From Candidatus Omnitrophota bacterium (GTDB lineage Bacteria; Omnitrophota; Gorgyraeia; JAFGHF01): a DNA stretch of 64,000 nucleotides. Positions 48,827-58,502 of this stretch are shown here, in pieces (the stretch's first letter is position 1; the number at the start of each line of letters is the position of its first letter). The stretch is from contig JAZDHS010000044.1 of NCBI GenBank assembly GCA_043805735.1, forward strand, positions 4,829 to 68,828, given 5' to 3'. The notes below the pieces were generated by a model. It ran no database searches. It was not told the DNA's origin and saw only the letters and a list, made by a program, of their open reading frames with translations. The position numbers were made by a program, and so were the translations under genes.

Positions 48827-49526
48827 AGGAACAGTCTATATTATCGGCGCCGGCCCGGGTGATCCGGACCTGATCAGCGTAAAGGGCCTAAAGATATTAA
48901 AGCAGGCGGATTGCGTACTTTACGATTTTTTATCCAATAAATCTCTTTTACGAAATGTAAAAAAGAATGCCCTAAAGATCTGCGTAGGCAAGAAAGACGG
49001 ATTACACCTAAAGGAACAGGACGAAATAAACAGGCTGCTTTATGACAACGCTCTTATCAGCAGGCGGGTGGTGCGGCTCAAAGGCGGCGATCCTTTTATA
49101 TTTAGCCGGGGAATTGAGGAGGCCCAATATCTATTGCGTAAAGGCGTGAAGACGCAGGTTATCCCCGGGATTACCTCGGCGCTTGCCGGGCCGGAAAGTT
49201 TCGGTATACCGCTTACGATTAAGAACAAATTGCAGTCCGTGGCCATATTGACTGGACGCAAAAATGATATCAATGCCAGGATCGATGCCCCGTATTGCGA
49301 TACGCTTGTCTATCTTATGGGCGTGGCCAACATCGATAATATTGTCCAGGCGCTAAAAAAAAGCGGCCGGCCGGATTCCACGCCCTGTGCTTTTATCGAA
49401 CGAGCAACCTGCCGCGGCGCACGCTTGACAAAAGCGACAATCGGCACAATTATCAGGGAAGCTAAAAAGCGGAAAGTAAAACCTCCTGCGGTATTAGTGG
49501 TGGGAGAGGTCGTGAACTATGGATAA
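48813..49526 (+). CDS. cobA: uroporphyrinogen-III C-methyltransferase
   Basis: VYIIGAGPGDPDLIS, RLKGGDPFIF.RG.EE, IPGITSA, VVGEVV; start ATG 48813 after AGGAG. Confidence 0.93.
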   Translation: MKKNKGTVYIIGAGPGDPDLISVKGLKILKQADCVLYDFLSNKSLLRNVKKNALKICVGKKDGLHLKEQDEINRLLYDNALISRRVVRLKGGDPFIFSRGIEEAQYLLRKGVKTQVIPGITSALAGPESFGIPLTIKNKLQSVAILTGRKNDINARIDAPYCDTLVYLMGVANIDNIVQALKKSGRPDSTPCAFIERATCRGARLTKATIGTIIREAKKRKVKPPAVLVVGEVVNYG

Positions 49527-50430
49527 GATAACCGTAAAAGACCTGATTTATCCTTTATTTGTCAAGGATGGGAAGAATCGGCGCGAAGAGATCAGGTCTC
49601 TGCCGGGCATTTACCGGTTCTCGCCGGATACTCTGATCAAAGAAGCGCGCCAATTGGTAAAGCTCGGGATACGCGCGGTATTGGTCTTTGGCCTGCCCGA
49701 GAAAAAAGACAGCGGCGGTTCAGGCGCTTATAAAGAGAATAATGTAGTCGCGCTGGTTGTAAAAGCGCTGAAGGCCGATTTTCCGGGACTTACCGTAATG
49801 ACGGATATCTGCCTTTGCGCCTATACCACTCACGGCCATTGCGGTATCATTGGTTCCGGGGAGAAAAAAATAAATCATCCAGCGACTTTACAGGCATTAT
49901 CCCAAATAGCTCTCTTGCATGCGCAGGCCGGCGCAGATTATGTAGCACCCTCAGCGATGGCGAAAAATCAGGTGCTGGCAATAAGAAAAACATTGGATAG
50001 AAACGGCTATGGAAATACGAAGATCATGGGTTATTCGGCGAAGTATGCCTCTAGCTTCTACGGCCCGTTCAGAGAAGCGGCGGACTCCGCTCCCGCATTC
50101 GGGGACAGGAAGGCATACCAGCTCGATTACGCCGATAGATTCTCCGCGATAAAAGAGATAGCGGATGATATCAAAGAAGGCGCGGATATCGTAATGGTAA
50201 AACCGGCGCTCGCTTACCTCGATGTGATTAAAGAAGCAAGCTCTAGATTCCGCCATACTTTAGCCGCCTATAATGTAAGCGGTGAATATGCAATGGTAAA
50301 ACTCGGCGCAAAATCCCGTCTCTGGGATGAGAAAAAGATGGCCCTCGAAGTCATAACGGCTATAAAGCGCGCCGGCGCAGAGTTGATAATCACCTATCAT
50401 GCCAAGGACATCGCCAGATGGCTAAAATAA
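49519..50430 (+). CDS. hemB: porphobilinogen synthase (Zn type)
   Basis: DLIYPLFV, DICLCAYTTHGHCG, YSAKYASSFYGPFREA, MVKP, YNVSGEY. Confidence 0.95.
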   Translation: MDKITVKDLIYPLFVKDGKNRREEIRSLPGIYRFSPDTLIKEARQLVKLGIRAVLVFGLPEKKDSGGSGAYKENNVVALVVKALKADFPGLTVMTDICLCAYTTHGHCGIIGSGEKKINHPATLQALSQIALLHAQAGADYVAPSAMAKNQVLAIRKTLDRNGYGNTKIMGYSAKYASSFYGPFREAADSAPAFGDRKAYQLDYADRFSAIKEIADDIKEGADIVMVKPALAYLDVIKEASSRFRHTLAAYNVSGEYAMVKLGAKSRLWDEKKMALEVITAIKRAGAELIITYHAKDIARWLK

Positions 50431-51680
50431 AGAAGAATTCGATAATCTTTAAGCGAGCCGGAAGATATTTGGTGGGCGGCGTAAACAGCCCGGTGCGCGC
50501 ATTCAAATATGTAGGAGGCGAGCCTCTGCTCATCAAGAACGCACGGGGCTCCAGAGTCTATGATTACGACGGCAAAAGATATATCGATTATGTACTCTCC
50601 TGGGGCAGCCTCATCTTGGGCCATGCGCATCCCGATGTCATCAGGGCCGTGATAGAAACTATTAAATACGGGACGAGTTTCGGCACGACCAATAAATCGG
50701 AAGTGGAACTGGCTGAAAGGATAGCTCAAGCTATACCTTTTATACAAAAGATCAGGTTCGTTAATTCCGGCACAGAAGCGGTTATGGGTGCGGTGAGGAT
50801 CTCCCGGGCTTATACAAAAAGGGATAAGATCCTCAAATTTGAGAAGGCCTATCATGGTCACGCCGATTATCTCCTTACTAAAAGCGGTTCGGGGTTAGCG
50901 ACCTTCGATATCCCCAAAAGCGCAGGCGTGCCGAAAAGTTTTACCCAAGATACCATCTCGATTCCTTACGGCGACCGTGTTCTTTTGGAAAAAGTATTCC
51001 AAAGGCATGGCTCAAAAATAGCCGCGGTGCTAGTTGAGCCCGTCGGCGGGAATTATGGCGTGGTCTTGCCGGATAGTGATTTCTTAAAACACTTAAGAAA
51101 GCTCACCAGAGATCACGGCACTCTGCTTATCGCGGACGAAATAATAACCGGATTCAGGCTGAATTACGGTTCGGCAATACAGAGTTTTGGCATCAAACCC
51201 GACCTGATCTGCCTTGGGAAGATAATCGGCGCAGGGTTACCTATAGGAGCGTACGGGGGCAGGCGAGATATAATGAATAATCTGGCTCCCCAAGGTAAAG
51301 TATACCAGGCTTCTACCTTCGCCGGAAATCCAGCGGTGATGCAGGCGGGTATCGCGACTATACGACTATTATCAAAGATGAAAGATCGGTATGGGGCGCT
51401 TAAGGCGCTGACAGAAGATCTGGCCGGTGCCCTGGAGGAGAAAGCGCTACGCTCGGGAGTTCATCTTGAAGTTAACCGTTTCGGCTCGTTGTTTAGTTTA
51501 AGATTTGAAAAGAAAGAATTCTTCGCCAGATTCTACCGCGGGATGCTCAAGCTGGGCATTTATTTCGCCCCGTCCGAATTCGAGGCTAATTTTTTGTCAT
51601 TCGCCCATACCGAAAAGGACATCAAAGATACTATATCGGTCGCCGAAAAGGTATTTAGGGAGGGAAAATGGAAAACGTAG
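50418..51680 (+). CDS. hemL: glutamate-1-semialdehyde 2,1-aminomutase
   Basis: GGVNSPVRAF, NSGTEA, YHGHAD, DEIITGFR, GKIIGAGLP, PSEFE. Confidence 0.95.
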   Translation: MAKIKKNSIIFKRAGRYLVGGVNSPVRAFKYVGGEPLLIKNARGSRVYDYDGKRYIDYVLSWGSLILGHAHPDVIRAVIETIKYGTSFGTTNKSEVELAERIAQAIPFIQKIRFVNSGTEAVMGAVRISRAYTKRDKILKFEKAYHGHADYLLTKSGSGLATFDIPKSAGVPKSFTQDTISIPYGDRVLLEKVFQRHGSKIAAVLVEPVGGNYGVVLPDSDFLKHLRKLTRDHGTLLIADEIITGFRLNYGSAIQSFGIKPDLICLGKIIGAGLPIGAYGGRRDIMNNLAPQGKVYQASTFAGNPAVMQAGIATIRLLSKMKDRYGALKALTEDLAGALEEKALRSGVHLEVNRFGSLFSLRFEKKEFFARFYRGMLKLGIYFAPSEFEANFLSFAHTEKDIKDTISVAEKVFREGKWKT

Positions 51681-52381
51681 ATTACGAAGCTTTAAAAAAG
51701 CGCGGGTTCTTGAGACAGAGGCAGGAAGGGTTCTTTGTCCTGAGGGCGAGGGCATCCTCGGGTGTTTACAAAAAAGAGCATCTTGATAAATTAGCGGTGA
51801 TAGCGCAAAAATACGGGAAAGGCTTTGTGCATGCTACCGTCCGCCAGGGCATAGAGATACCGTTTATAAAATTTGCGGACATCCAGGAAGTCGAGGCGAA
51901 ACTTGTGCACGCCGGTATTGCAGTAGGGACATCGGGGCCGCGCCTCAGGGTTACGACCGTTTGCCCCGGCAATAACTGGTGTAAACAGGGGCTGGTAAAT
52001 ACTTTTTCTTTGGCCGAAAGAATAGAGAAAGAGCTGGGTATAACCTGCGGTATGGACCTGCCCCATAAGTTTAAGATAGCCATTTCCGGATGCCCGAATG
52101 CCTGCACGCGCCCGCAAGCTAGCGAGATAGGAATACATGGACAGGTGAGCTCTGCAATATCGGGCCAGGGAATCGGTTATGTCTTATACATAGGCGGTTC
52201 GGGCGGAAGAATACCGAGAGAGGGTCTTAAACTTAATGGAGTTTTTTGCGAAGACGAGACCTTGCGGATTATAGAAAAAGTAATAAAATTTTACAAAAGA
52301 CAGGCCAAGCCAAGACAGCGTCTGGGCGCGCTAATAGAAGAAATCGGAAAAGAAAAGTTTTTAAGAGAAATAGCCGCATAG
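51668..52381 (+). CDS. small single-repeat siroheme sulfite/nitrite reductase (low-molecular-weight assimilatory type)
   Basis: GFLRQRQ, TVRQGIE, CPGNNWC (Cx5C), KFKIAISGCPNAC (Cx3C), RLG..I. Confidence 0.85.
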   Translation: MENVDYEALKKRGFLRQRQEGFFVLRARASSGVYKKEHLDKLAVIAQKYGKGFVHATVRQGIEIPFIKFADIQEVEAKLVHAGIAVGTSGPRLRVTTVCPGNNWCKQGLVNTFSLAERIEKELGITCGMDLPHKFKIAISGCPNACTRPQASEIGIHGQVSSAISGQGIGYVLYIGGSGGRIPREGLKLNGVFCEDETLRIIEKVIKFYKRQAKPRQRLGALIEEIGKEKFLREIAA

Positions 52382-52416
52382 TGATGGCATTTTGTTGTCT
52401 CTAATTGCAGAAAAAC

Positions 52417-52445
52417 TTGCGATTTGCCATTAAAGGGTATATAAT
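52417..52445 (+). promoter_or_regulatory. sigma70 promoter for the archease-rtcB operon
   Basis: TTGCGA-17nt-TATAAT. Confidence 0.6.
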
Positions 52446-52485
52446 ATGGCAGTAAAAACAGAGATGACTGTAATGCGAGAGGTAA

Positions 52486-52902
52486 ATGAAGCATTATGAA
52501 ATTATCGACCATACTGCGGATATCGGCCTACGCGCCAGAGGCAAGGATTTAAAAGAACTGTTTGCCCATGCCGCCTACGGGATGTTCGAGATAATGGCGG
52601 ATTTAAAAAATGTGCAGGCAAAAAAGACAATACCGGTGAACCTAAAAGCTCCCAATGTTGAGGAGCTTTTTTTGTCCTGGCTAGGAGAATTGCTCTATCT
52701 ATACAACAGCAAGAAATTAATCCTGAATTCATTCACCATTGATACGATAAACGAGACCTCGCTCTCGGCGCGCGCGGGGGGAGAAACGCTTAATCTTAAA
52801 AAACACAGGCTAAAAATGGAGATTAAGGCCGCGACCTTCCATAATCTGCTTGTGCGTAAGCAAGGCCGTGGTTGGCAGGGTGAAGTGATCTTTGATGTGT
52901 AA
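52486..52902 (+). CDS. archease
   Basis: YEIIDHTADIG, WLGELLY, EIKAATFH, C-terminal IFDV. Confidence 0.93.
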   Translation: MKHYEIIDHTADIGLRARGKDLKELFAHAAYGMFEIMADLKNVQAKKTIPVNLKAPNVEELFLSWLGELLYLYNSKKLILNSFTIDTINETSLSARAGGETLNLKKHRLKMEIKAATFHNLLVRKQGRGWQGEVIFDV

Positions 52903-52917
52903 ATAAGGAGGGCGGTA

Positions 52918-54579
52918 ATGAATAAAATCGTCTTGGGTTTGGCGCTACTGTGTCTTTGCGGCACGGCGTTTGCCGAAACGCTGGAGGTAGAATCGCGGGT
53001 GGTGGCGGCAACTATTTATCCCGATTCGGCACAAATTACCCGCCAGGCGAAAGTAAACTTGAAAACAGGCTCAAGCGAAGTGGTCTTCACGAATATCCCG
53101 GAGTATCTTGACGAGAATACCCTCACCGTTTCCGCTTCTGGAACTGCCGTGGCCAAAATCCTCGACGCCAAGATCAAGACCGTGTTTTTGGAACAGGCAC
53201 AGTCGGAGTTGGTGCGCAAACTGGAAGATGAGATCCAGAAGCTCCAAGACGGGCTCTCGGCGCTGGACAACGAACGCACAGTATTAGGACAAGAAAAAGA
53301 ATATTTACAATCAATTAAACTGCATGCCACAGAGCAAATCCCCGAAGATTTAATTACCAAGACGCCGGCGGTAGCCGATCTCGATTCCTTGCGGGTGTTT
53401 ATTAAAGAGAAATGGGCCGCGGCCTTGACGCGCGAGTTGGCAATCAGCCAAGAGCAACGGGAAATCCAAAAGGCGCTGGAGAAACTGAAGAAAGAATTAA
53501 ATCAAATGCGCCAGGCCCAACGCAAAGAAAAACGCGTAGCCAGCGTGGGAGTAGAGGTAGAGCGTGCCGGAGAGCTCCAGGTCGATATCAGTTATTTGAT
53601 GTATCAGGCGAACTGGAATCCGCAATACGATGCCCGTGTTGATTACGAGAAGCAAAAAGTGGAACTAAGTTGTTTAGGCCTGGTCAAACAAACCAGCGGC
53701 GCGGACTGGCAAGGGATAGAGATTGCCCTCTCCACCGCCAAACCGACTATTTCCGGGCGGATGCCCGAACTGTATAGCTGGATCTTACAACCACCGCCGC
53801 CAGCGGTTCGAGTGGCTAAATCGAAAATGCTGGGGGCTCCTTTAGAAGAAAGCTTAGGAGACGCATATAATTATGCCGCGTCATACGAATCCAAAGCCGT
53901 GGAAAAGCAAGAACAGGAAGCCCCAATGCAGTATGCCCAGGCCGAGGAAGGCCTGGGCTCTGTTACTTACAAAATCGCCCATCTGGTCGATATTAAATCT
54001 GATGGTACCGAGCAGCGTTTAGCGATTTTTACGCAAACCTTCTCTACCGAATTTTTCTATTCCGCTACTCCCAAACTCTCGCAATATGCCTACTTGGCGG
54101 CTAAGGTCACCAATGACCGGGAAAACCTTTTACCCGCGGCGGTGCGCGTATTTTTAGATAATACCTACGTCGGCTCATCCTCCATTGACGCCATCGGCAA
54201 GGGCGAGCAATTCGACTTGTTTATGGGCATTGACGAGGGCGTGAAGGTCAAACGCGAAAAGGTCAAAGAGGAGACCAAAGAGGTTTGGCTGGCCGGCATC
54301 AAGCGTAACAACAAAGTGGTGGTAGCTACCTATAAAATTACCGTGGAAAACTATAAATCCGACGATATCAGAGTAAACGTGTTCGACCATTTTCCGGTCT
54401 CACAGAACGACCAGATTGCCGTTAAAATTTTAGAGGCTACCCCCAAAGCCAAAGAAGAGGATTATCAGGACAAAAAAGGCGTGATGCGCTGGGAACTCGA
54501 TATCAAGCCGAAAGAAAAGAAAGAAATCGTTTACACCTATCAGCTTGAGTATCCACGCGAGATGCATCTTAATTTCTAA
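52918..54579 (+). CDS. DUF4139/DUF4140 (mucoidy inhibitor MuiA-like) exported protein
   Basis: signal peptide, ATIYPDSAQITR, coiled coil, W.PQYDAR, QTSGADW, LSTAKP. Confidence 0.85.
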   Translation: MNKIVLGLALLCLCGTAFAETLEVESRVVAATIYPDSAQITRQAKVNLKTGSSEVVFTNIPEYLDENTLTVSASGTAVAKILDAKIKTVFLEQAQSELVRKLEDEIQKLQDGLSALDNERTVLGQEKEYLQSIKLHATEQIPEDLITKTPAVADLDSLRVFIKEKWAAALTRELAISQEQREIQKALEKLKKELNQMRQAQRKEKRVASVGVEVERAGELQVDISYLMYQANWNPQYDARVDYEKQKVELSCLGLVKQTSGADWQGIEIALSTAKPTISGRMPELYSWILQPPPPAVRVAKSKMLGAPLEESLGDAYNYAASYESKAVEKQEQEAPMQYAQAEEGLGSVTYKIAHLVDIKSDGTEQRLAIFTQTFSTEFFYSATPKLSQYAYLAAKVTNDRENLLPAAVRVFLDNTYVGSSSIDAIGKGEQFDLFMGIDEGVKVKREKVKEETKEVWLAGIKRNNKVVVATYKITVENYKSDDIRVNVFDHFPVSQNDQIAVKILEATPKAKEEDYQDKKGVMRWELDIKPKEKKEIVYTYQLEYPREMHLNF

Positions 54580-54587
54580 GGAATGCA

Positions 54588-56045
54588 ATGAGCGAGGTCT
54601 GGAACGGGCCGTTAGAAAAGATTGACGATTACCGCTGGCGCATACCGCAAAGTTATCATCCCGGGATGCGCGTACCCGGTATCATTTATGCCGACGAAGA
54701 GCTGTTGAAGAATATCCGCAGTGACAAGGCCGCGGAACAAGTGGCCAATGTCGCGCATCTTCCCGGTATCGTTAATGCCTCTCTGGCTATGCCCGATATC
54801 CACTGGGGTTACGGTTTTTGTATCGGCGGCGTGGCCGCCACCGATATCGACGCCGGCGGGGTAATTTCTCCCGGCGGCGTGGGATATGACATTAATTGCG
54901 GCGTCAGGCTGGTGCGCACGGCTTTAAACGAAAAAGATGTCCAGGGCAAGATTCGCGATTTAGTGAGTGTACTCTTTAAAAATATTCCCACCGGTGTCGG
55001 CTCTAAAGGAGAAATACGCGCCACGGGTAAGGATGAAGAAAAGCTCTTGGTTAAAGGCGCGAAATGGGCGGTGGAAAAAGGTTTTGGTTCGGCTGACGAT
55101 TTAGAATATACCGAAGAGCAGGGCGCAATTGCCGGGGCTGATCCCGACGCGGTTTCGCCGCGCGCCTATGAACGCGGCGAACGCCAGGCCGGCACATTAG
55201 GCTCAGGAAATCATTTCCTGGAAATCCAGGTGATTGACCAAATTTTTGATGAACAGGCGATGGAAGTCTTAGGATTACACCTGGGTCAGGTTACGGTGAT
55301 GATTCACACTGGCTCCCGTGGCTTTGGTTTTCAAATTTGCGACGAATACGCCAAGGCAATGGTGCATAGCCTGGCCAAATATAATATCAGCGTTCCCGAC
55401 CGGCAATTGGCTTGTGTCCCGGTGAATTCTCCGGAAGGTAAAAAATATCTGGGTGCGATGCGCTGCGCGGCCAATTATGCCTGGTGCAACCGCCAGATTC
55501 TGATGGAGCTCACCCGGCGGATTTTCCAGCAGTTCTTTAGTCTTGGCCCCAAAGATTTAGGGATGAGCCTGGTTTATGACGTGGCCCACAATATTGCCAA
55601 GATTGAAAAGCAAAAGGTAAACGGTGTGAGCAAAACTTTATGCGTGCACCGTAAAGGCGCGACCCGTGCCTTCGGCCCGGGCCATCCGGACTTACCGGAG
55701 AAATACCAGGCCATAGGCCAGCCGGTGATCATCCCCGGAGATATGGGCCGCAATTCCTTTCTTTTGGTAGGTACGGAAAAGGCGGCGGAGACATTTTATA
55801 GCACCTGCCATGGCAGCGGCCGGCTTATGTCGCGCACCGCGGCGATCAAAAAATTAAGTGGCCGTTCCATTGCCAAGGAATTAGAGAAAAAAGGGATTTA
55901 TGTGCTCTCGGAAGGACGAGAGACGTTATCCGAGGAGGCCCCCGAGGCCTATAAAGATGTTAATACCGTGGTTAATGTGGTCCATCAGGCCGGTATCTCT
56001 AAGCGTGTTTGCCGGATGCGCCCCTTAGGAGTGATAAAAGGGTAG
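54588..56045 (+). CDS. rtcB: RNA ligase RtcB (archaeal/eukaryote-like clade)
   Basis: MPDIHWGYGF, GVGYDINCG, GTLGSGNHFLE, HTGSRG, DVAHNIAK, HRKGATR, STCHGSGR, EEAPEAYK. Confidence 0.96.
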   Translation: MSEVWNGPLEKIDDYRWRIPQSYHPGMRVPGIIYADEELLKNIRSDKAAEQVANVAHLPGIVNASLAMPDIHWGYGFCIGGVAATDIDAGGVISPGGVGYDINCGVRLVRTALNEKDVQGKIRDLVSVLFKNIPTGVGSKGEIRATGKDEEKLLVKGAKWAVEKGFGSADDLEYTEEQGAIAGADPDAVSPRAYERGERQAGTLGSGNHFLEIQVIDQIFDEQAMEVLGLHLGQVTVMIHTGSRGFGFQICDEYAKAMVHSLAKYNISVPDRQLACVPVNSPEGKKYLGAMRCAANYAWCNRQILMELTRRIFQQFFSLGPKDLGMSLVYDVAHNIAKIEKQKVNGVSKTLCVHRKGATRAFGPGHPDLPEKYQAIGQPVIIPGDMGRNSFLLVGTEKAAETFYSTCHGSGRLMSRTAAIKKLSGRSIAKELEKKGIYVLSEGRETLSEEAPEAYKDVNTVVNVVHQAGISKRVCRMRPLGVIKG

Positions 56046-56088
56046 CAGTGCCCAGAGAACCTGGTTCCTAGCAAAAAAAGGAGCTTAT

Positions 56089-57366
56089 ATGTTGGATATT
56101 AAACTTATTCGTGAGAAGCCGGACCTGGTCAAGAAGGCGATCAAGGACAGGGGGCTGAAATTAGACATTGACGCGCTGCTTGTCTTGGATGAAGAAAAAA
56201 GAAATCTACTCAAAGAAGTAGAGGGCTTGCAATATCAGAAAAACGTGCTTTCAGATCAGATTGCCCAGAAAATGCTCAAAGATAAAAAGGATGTTCAGAA
56301 CTTTGTCGAGGAATCAAAAGTGCTTTCCCAAAAAATAGACAAATTAAGGGTTAGAGTGGAGGAAATTGAGCCAAAAGTAGCCAATTTTATGCTCAATATC
56401 CCAAATATACCGGACAATTCCCTGCCAATTGGCCTAACTGCCGAAAATAACAAAGTGGTGCGTAGTTGGGGTAAGCCTTTAGAATATAACCCCAAATTAC
56501 GTAATCACTTAGAGTTAGTGGAACATCTAGGGATAGTCGATTTGGCGCGCGCGGCCAAAATCACCGCTTCTAACTTCATTCTGTTTATGGGCCAGGGGGC
56601 GCGCCTGGAGCGGGCGCTTTACAATTTTATGCTCGATTTACATACCAAGAAACATGGCTACAAGGAGGTCTTCCCGCCGTTTCTGGTCAATCGGGCGAGT
56701 ATGACTGGGACCGGACAGCTGCCTAAGCTGGAAGAGGATATGTACCGCTTAAAGGACGACGACCTTTTCTTGATACCGACCGCGGAAGTGCCGGTTACCA
56801 ATATCCATCGGGACGATGTGTTTAAAGAAGAGGAGCTGCCGGTTTATTATACCGCTTATACAGCCTGTTTTCGCCGCGAGGCCGGCTCTTACGGCAAAGA
56901 CACCCGGGGCCTCACCCGCGTGCACCAGTTTGATAAGGTCGAGCTGGTTAAGTTTGTTCAACCCGAAACCTCTTATAACGAGCTGGAGTCGTTGGTCGAG
57001 AATGCCGAAGAGGTGCTGCAGCTTTTGGAGCTGCCTTATCGGGTGATCATGCTTTGTACTGGTGAAATTAGTTTCTCCGCCAGCAAATGTTATGACCTGG
57101 AGGCTTGGGCGCCGGCCAGCAAGAGTTGGCTGGAAGTTTCCAGTTGCAGTAATTTTAGCGATTTTCAGGCCCGGCGGGCGAATATTAAATTTCGCTCGGC
57201 GGCGAGCAAAAAATTAGAATATGTGCATACCTTAAATGGTTCAGGTGTTGCCTTGGCGCGTACCGTAATCGCGCTTTTAGAGGTTCACCAGACGCCGCAA
57301 GGAACAGTAAGAATACCGAAAGCGCTTATCCCTTATATGGACGGAGTAACGGAGCTTAAGCCATGA
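56089..57366 (+). CDS. serS: serine--tRNA ligase
   Basis: MLDIK, GTGQLPK, LIPTAEV, FRREAGS, VHQFDKVE, HTLNGSG. Confidence 0.97.
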   Translation: MLDIKLIREKPDLVKKAIKDRGLKLDIDALLVLDEEKRNLLKEVEGLQYQKNVLSDQIAQKMLKDKKDVQNFVEESKVLSQKIDKLRVRVEEIEPKVANFMLNIPNIPDNSLPIGLTAENNKVVRSWGKPLEYNPKLRNHLELVEHLGIVDLARAAKITASNFILFMGQGARLERALYNFMLDLHTKKHGYKEVFPPFLVNRASMTGTGQLPKLEEDMYRLKDDDLFLIPTAEVPVTNIHRDDVFKEEELPVYYTAYTACFRREAGSYGKDTRGLTRVHQFDKVELVKFVQPETSYNELESLVENAEEVLQLLELPYRVIMLCTGEISFSASKCYDLEAWAPASKSWLEVSSCSNFSDFQARRANIKFRSAASKKLEYVHTLNGSGVALARTVIALLEVHQTPQGTVRIPKALIPYMDGVTELKP

Positions 57367-58025
57367 TCGCCAGTATCTTTAAAACTATTGTCGGGATTTT
57401 GTTGCTGCCGGTTTCGTTGGCGGCGACCAAGGCCTTTGCCGTAGAGTTAGGCCAGATCAAACAGCTTGACGGCTCGGCGGAATATTTTTTAAATGGCGTA
57501 CTGATTTATTTGGTCATTCATTTGGTGCTGCACAAGCCCGATTTCTTCTATGTCTTCGGCCATGAAGTGGCCCATGCCCTGGCGGCGTTGCTCTGTGGTG
57601 GACGAGTGAATTCCTTTAACGTTTCCGCGCGCGGGGGCGCGGTAACCACCTCTAAGTCCAATTCTTTTATCGCGCTGTTTCCTTATTTCTTTCCCACCTA
57701 CACAATATTAGTTTGGTTGGCTTACTTTTTCACCACGCTCTTTTACCATAAAGGTAATTTTATGCCCCACTTCTTATTCTTAGTGGGCTTTACGCTAGCC
57801 CTTCATTTGATTATGACTGCCGATTCCTTAAAAATAAAACAGCCGGATATCTTTAAAACCGGATATCTTTTTTCAATCTCGATGGTCTATGTGCTCAATC
57901 TGCTCTTAATCAGTTTTATCTTAAGCCTGGTATTTGCGGGCTTTTCTTTTTCGCAATTCTTTCTCTCCGGCGCCGAGCGCTCCGGAGAGATTTATCAAGC
58001 GATTTATAGCCAGTTGTTTCTTTAA
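57363..58025 (+). CDS. membrane HExxH metalloprotease-like protein (M50B-like)
   Basis: FGHEVAHA HExxH in hydrophobic context, ALFPYFFP, several TM segments. Confidence 0.6.
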   Translation: MIASIFKTIVGILLLPVSLAATKAFAVELGQIKQLDGSAEYFLNGVLIYLVIHLVLHKPDFFYVFGHEVAHALAALLCGGRVNSFNVSARGGAVTTSKSNSFIALFPYFFPTYTILVWLAYFFTTLFYHKGNFMPHFLFLVGFTLALHLIMTADSLKIKQPDIFKTGYLFSISMVYVLNLLLISFILSLVFAGFSFSQFFLSGAERSGEIYQAIYSQLFL

Positions 58026-58027
58026 GC

Positions 58028-58117
58028 GGAGAGGTGGCTGAGCGGTTTAAAGCGGCAGTCTTGAAAACTGTTGTGGGCGTAAGCCCACCCCGAGTTCGAA
58101 TCTCGGCCTCTCCGCCA
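58028..58117 (+). tRNA. tRNA-Ser(UGA)
   Basis: GGAGAGG/CCTCTCC acceptor stem, loop CTTGAAA, long variable arm GTGGGC..GCCCAC, GTTCGAATC, G73-CCA. Confidence 0.96.
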
Positions 58118-58217
58118 GTTTTTTTCCCCAAAATCGGCCAATTCCCCATGCCTTATAAACCATCCTTAAAGAATATAATACACTTTTACTAATATATATG
58201 ATTTATAATTATTTTAC

Positions 58218-58246
58218 TTGACAGCAATTATAGTATATGCTATAGT
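58218..58246 (+). promoter_or_regulatory. sigma70 promoter for the MerR-ExeA-secretin operon
   Basis: TTGACA-17nt-TATAGT with extended TG and AT-rich upstream region. Confidence 0.7.
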
Positions 58247-58282
58247 TACAATAACCCGCATTGGGGGTAAAGAGGTTTAAGG

Positions 58283-58492
58283 ATGCTGATTTCGCCACAG
58301 GAAGTAATCAGAAAATATAATATCTCTTATCAGACGCTCAACTATTATACGAATCTCGGGCTATTGGAGGTGCGTAAGCGTAAAGGTAACGGGCGCCTAT
58401 TTAATGAGGAAGAGTTAAAGAAAAGCCTGGATAAGATTTTTGAACTCAAGGACAGCGGTTATCCGCTGCGTCTGATTTCGAAAATGTTGTGA
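58283..58492 (+). CDS. small MerR-type HTH protein (DNA-binding domain only)
   Basis: ISYQTLNYYTNLGLL, GNGRLF, GYPLRLI. Confidence 0.75.
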   Translation: MLISPQEVIRKYNISYQTLNYYTNLGLLEVRKRKGNGRLFNEEELKKSLDKIFELKDSGYPLRLISKML

Positions 58493-58502
58493 GGGGTGGG
58501 CA

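Larger units (their letters stand above)
43387..52381 (+). other. sulfate assimilation + siroheme biosynthesis block (possible acquired island next to tRNA-Lys)
   Basis: 11 co-oriented functionally linked genes plus a leader ORF; ATA and AGG/AGA codons look more frequent than in flanks (by eye); no integrase or att repeat seen. Confidence 0.6.

Noticed and set aside
43260-52480. Integrative element with att sites at tRNA-Lys
   Set aside because: No integrase and no duplicate of the tRNA 3' end seen near 52.4 kb; kept only as a possible island.
58028-58283. tRNA-Ser as an island or prophage attachment site
   Set aside because: No integrase or phage genes follow, and downstream codon style looks host-like.
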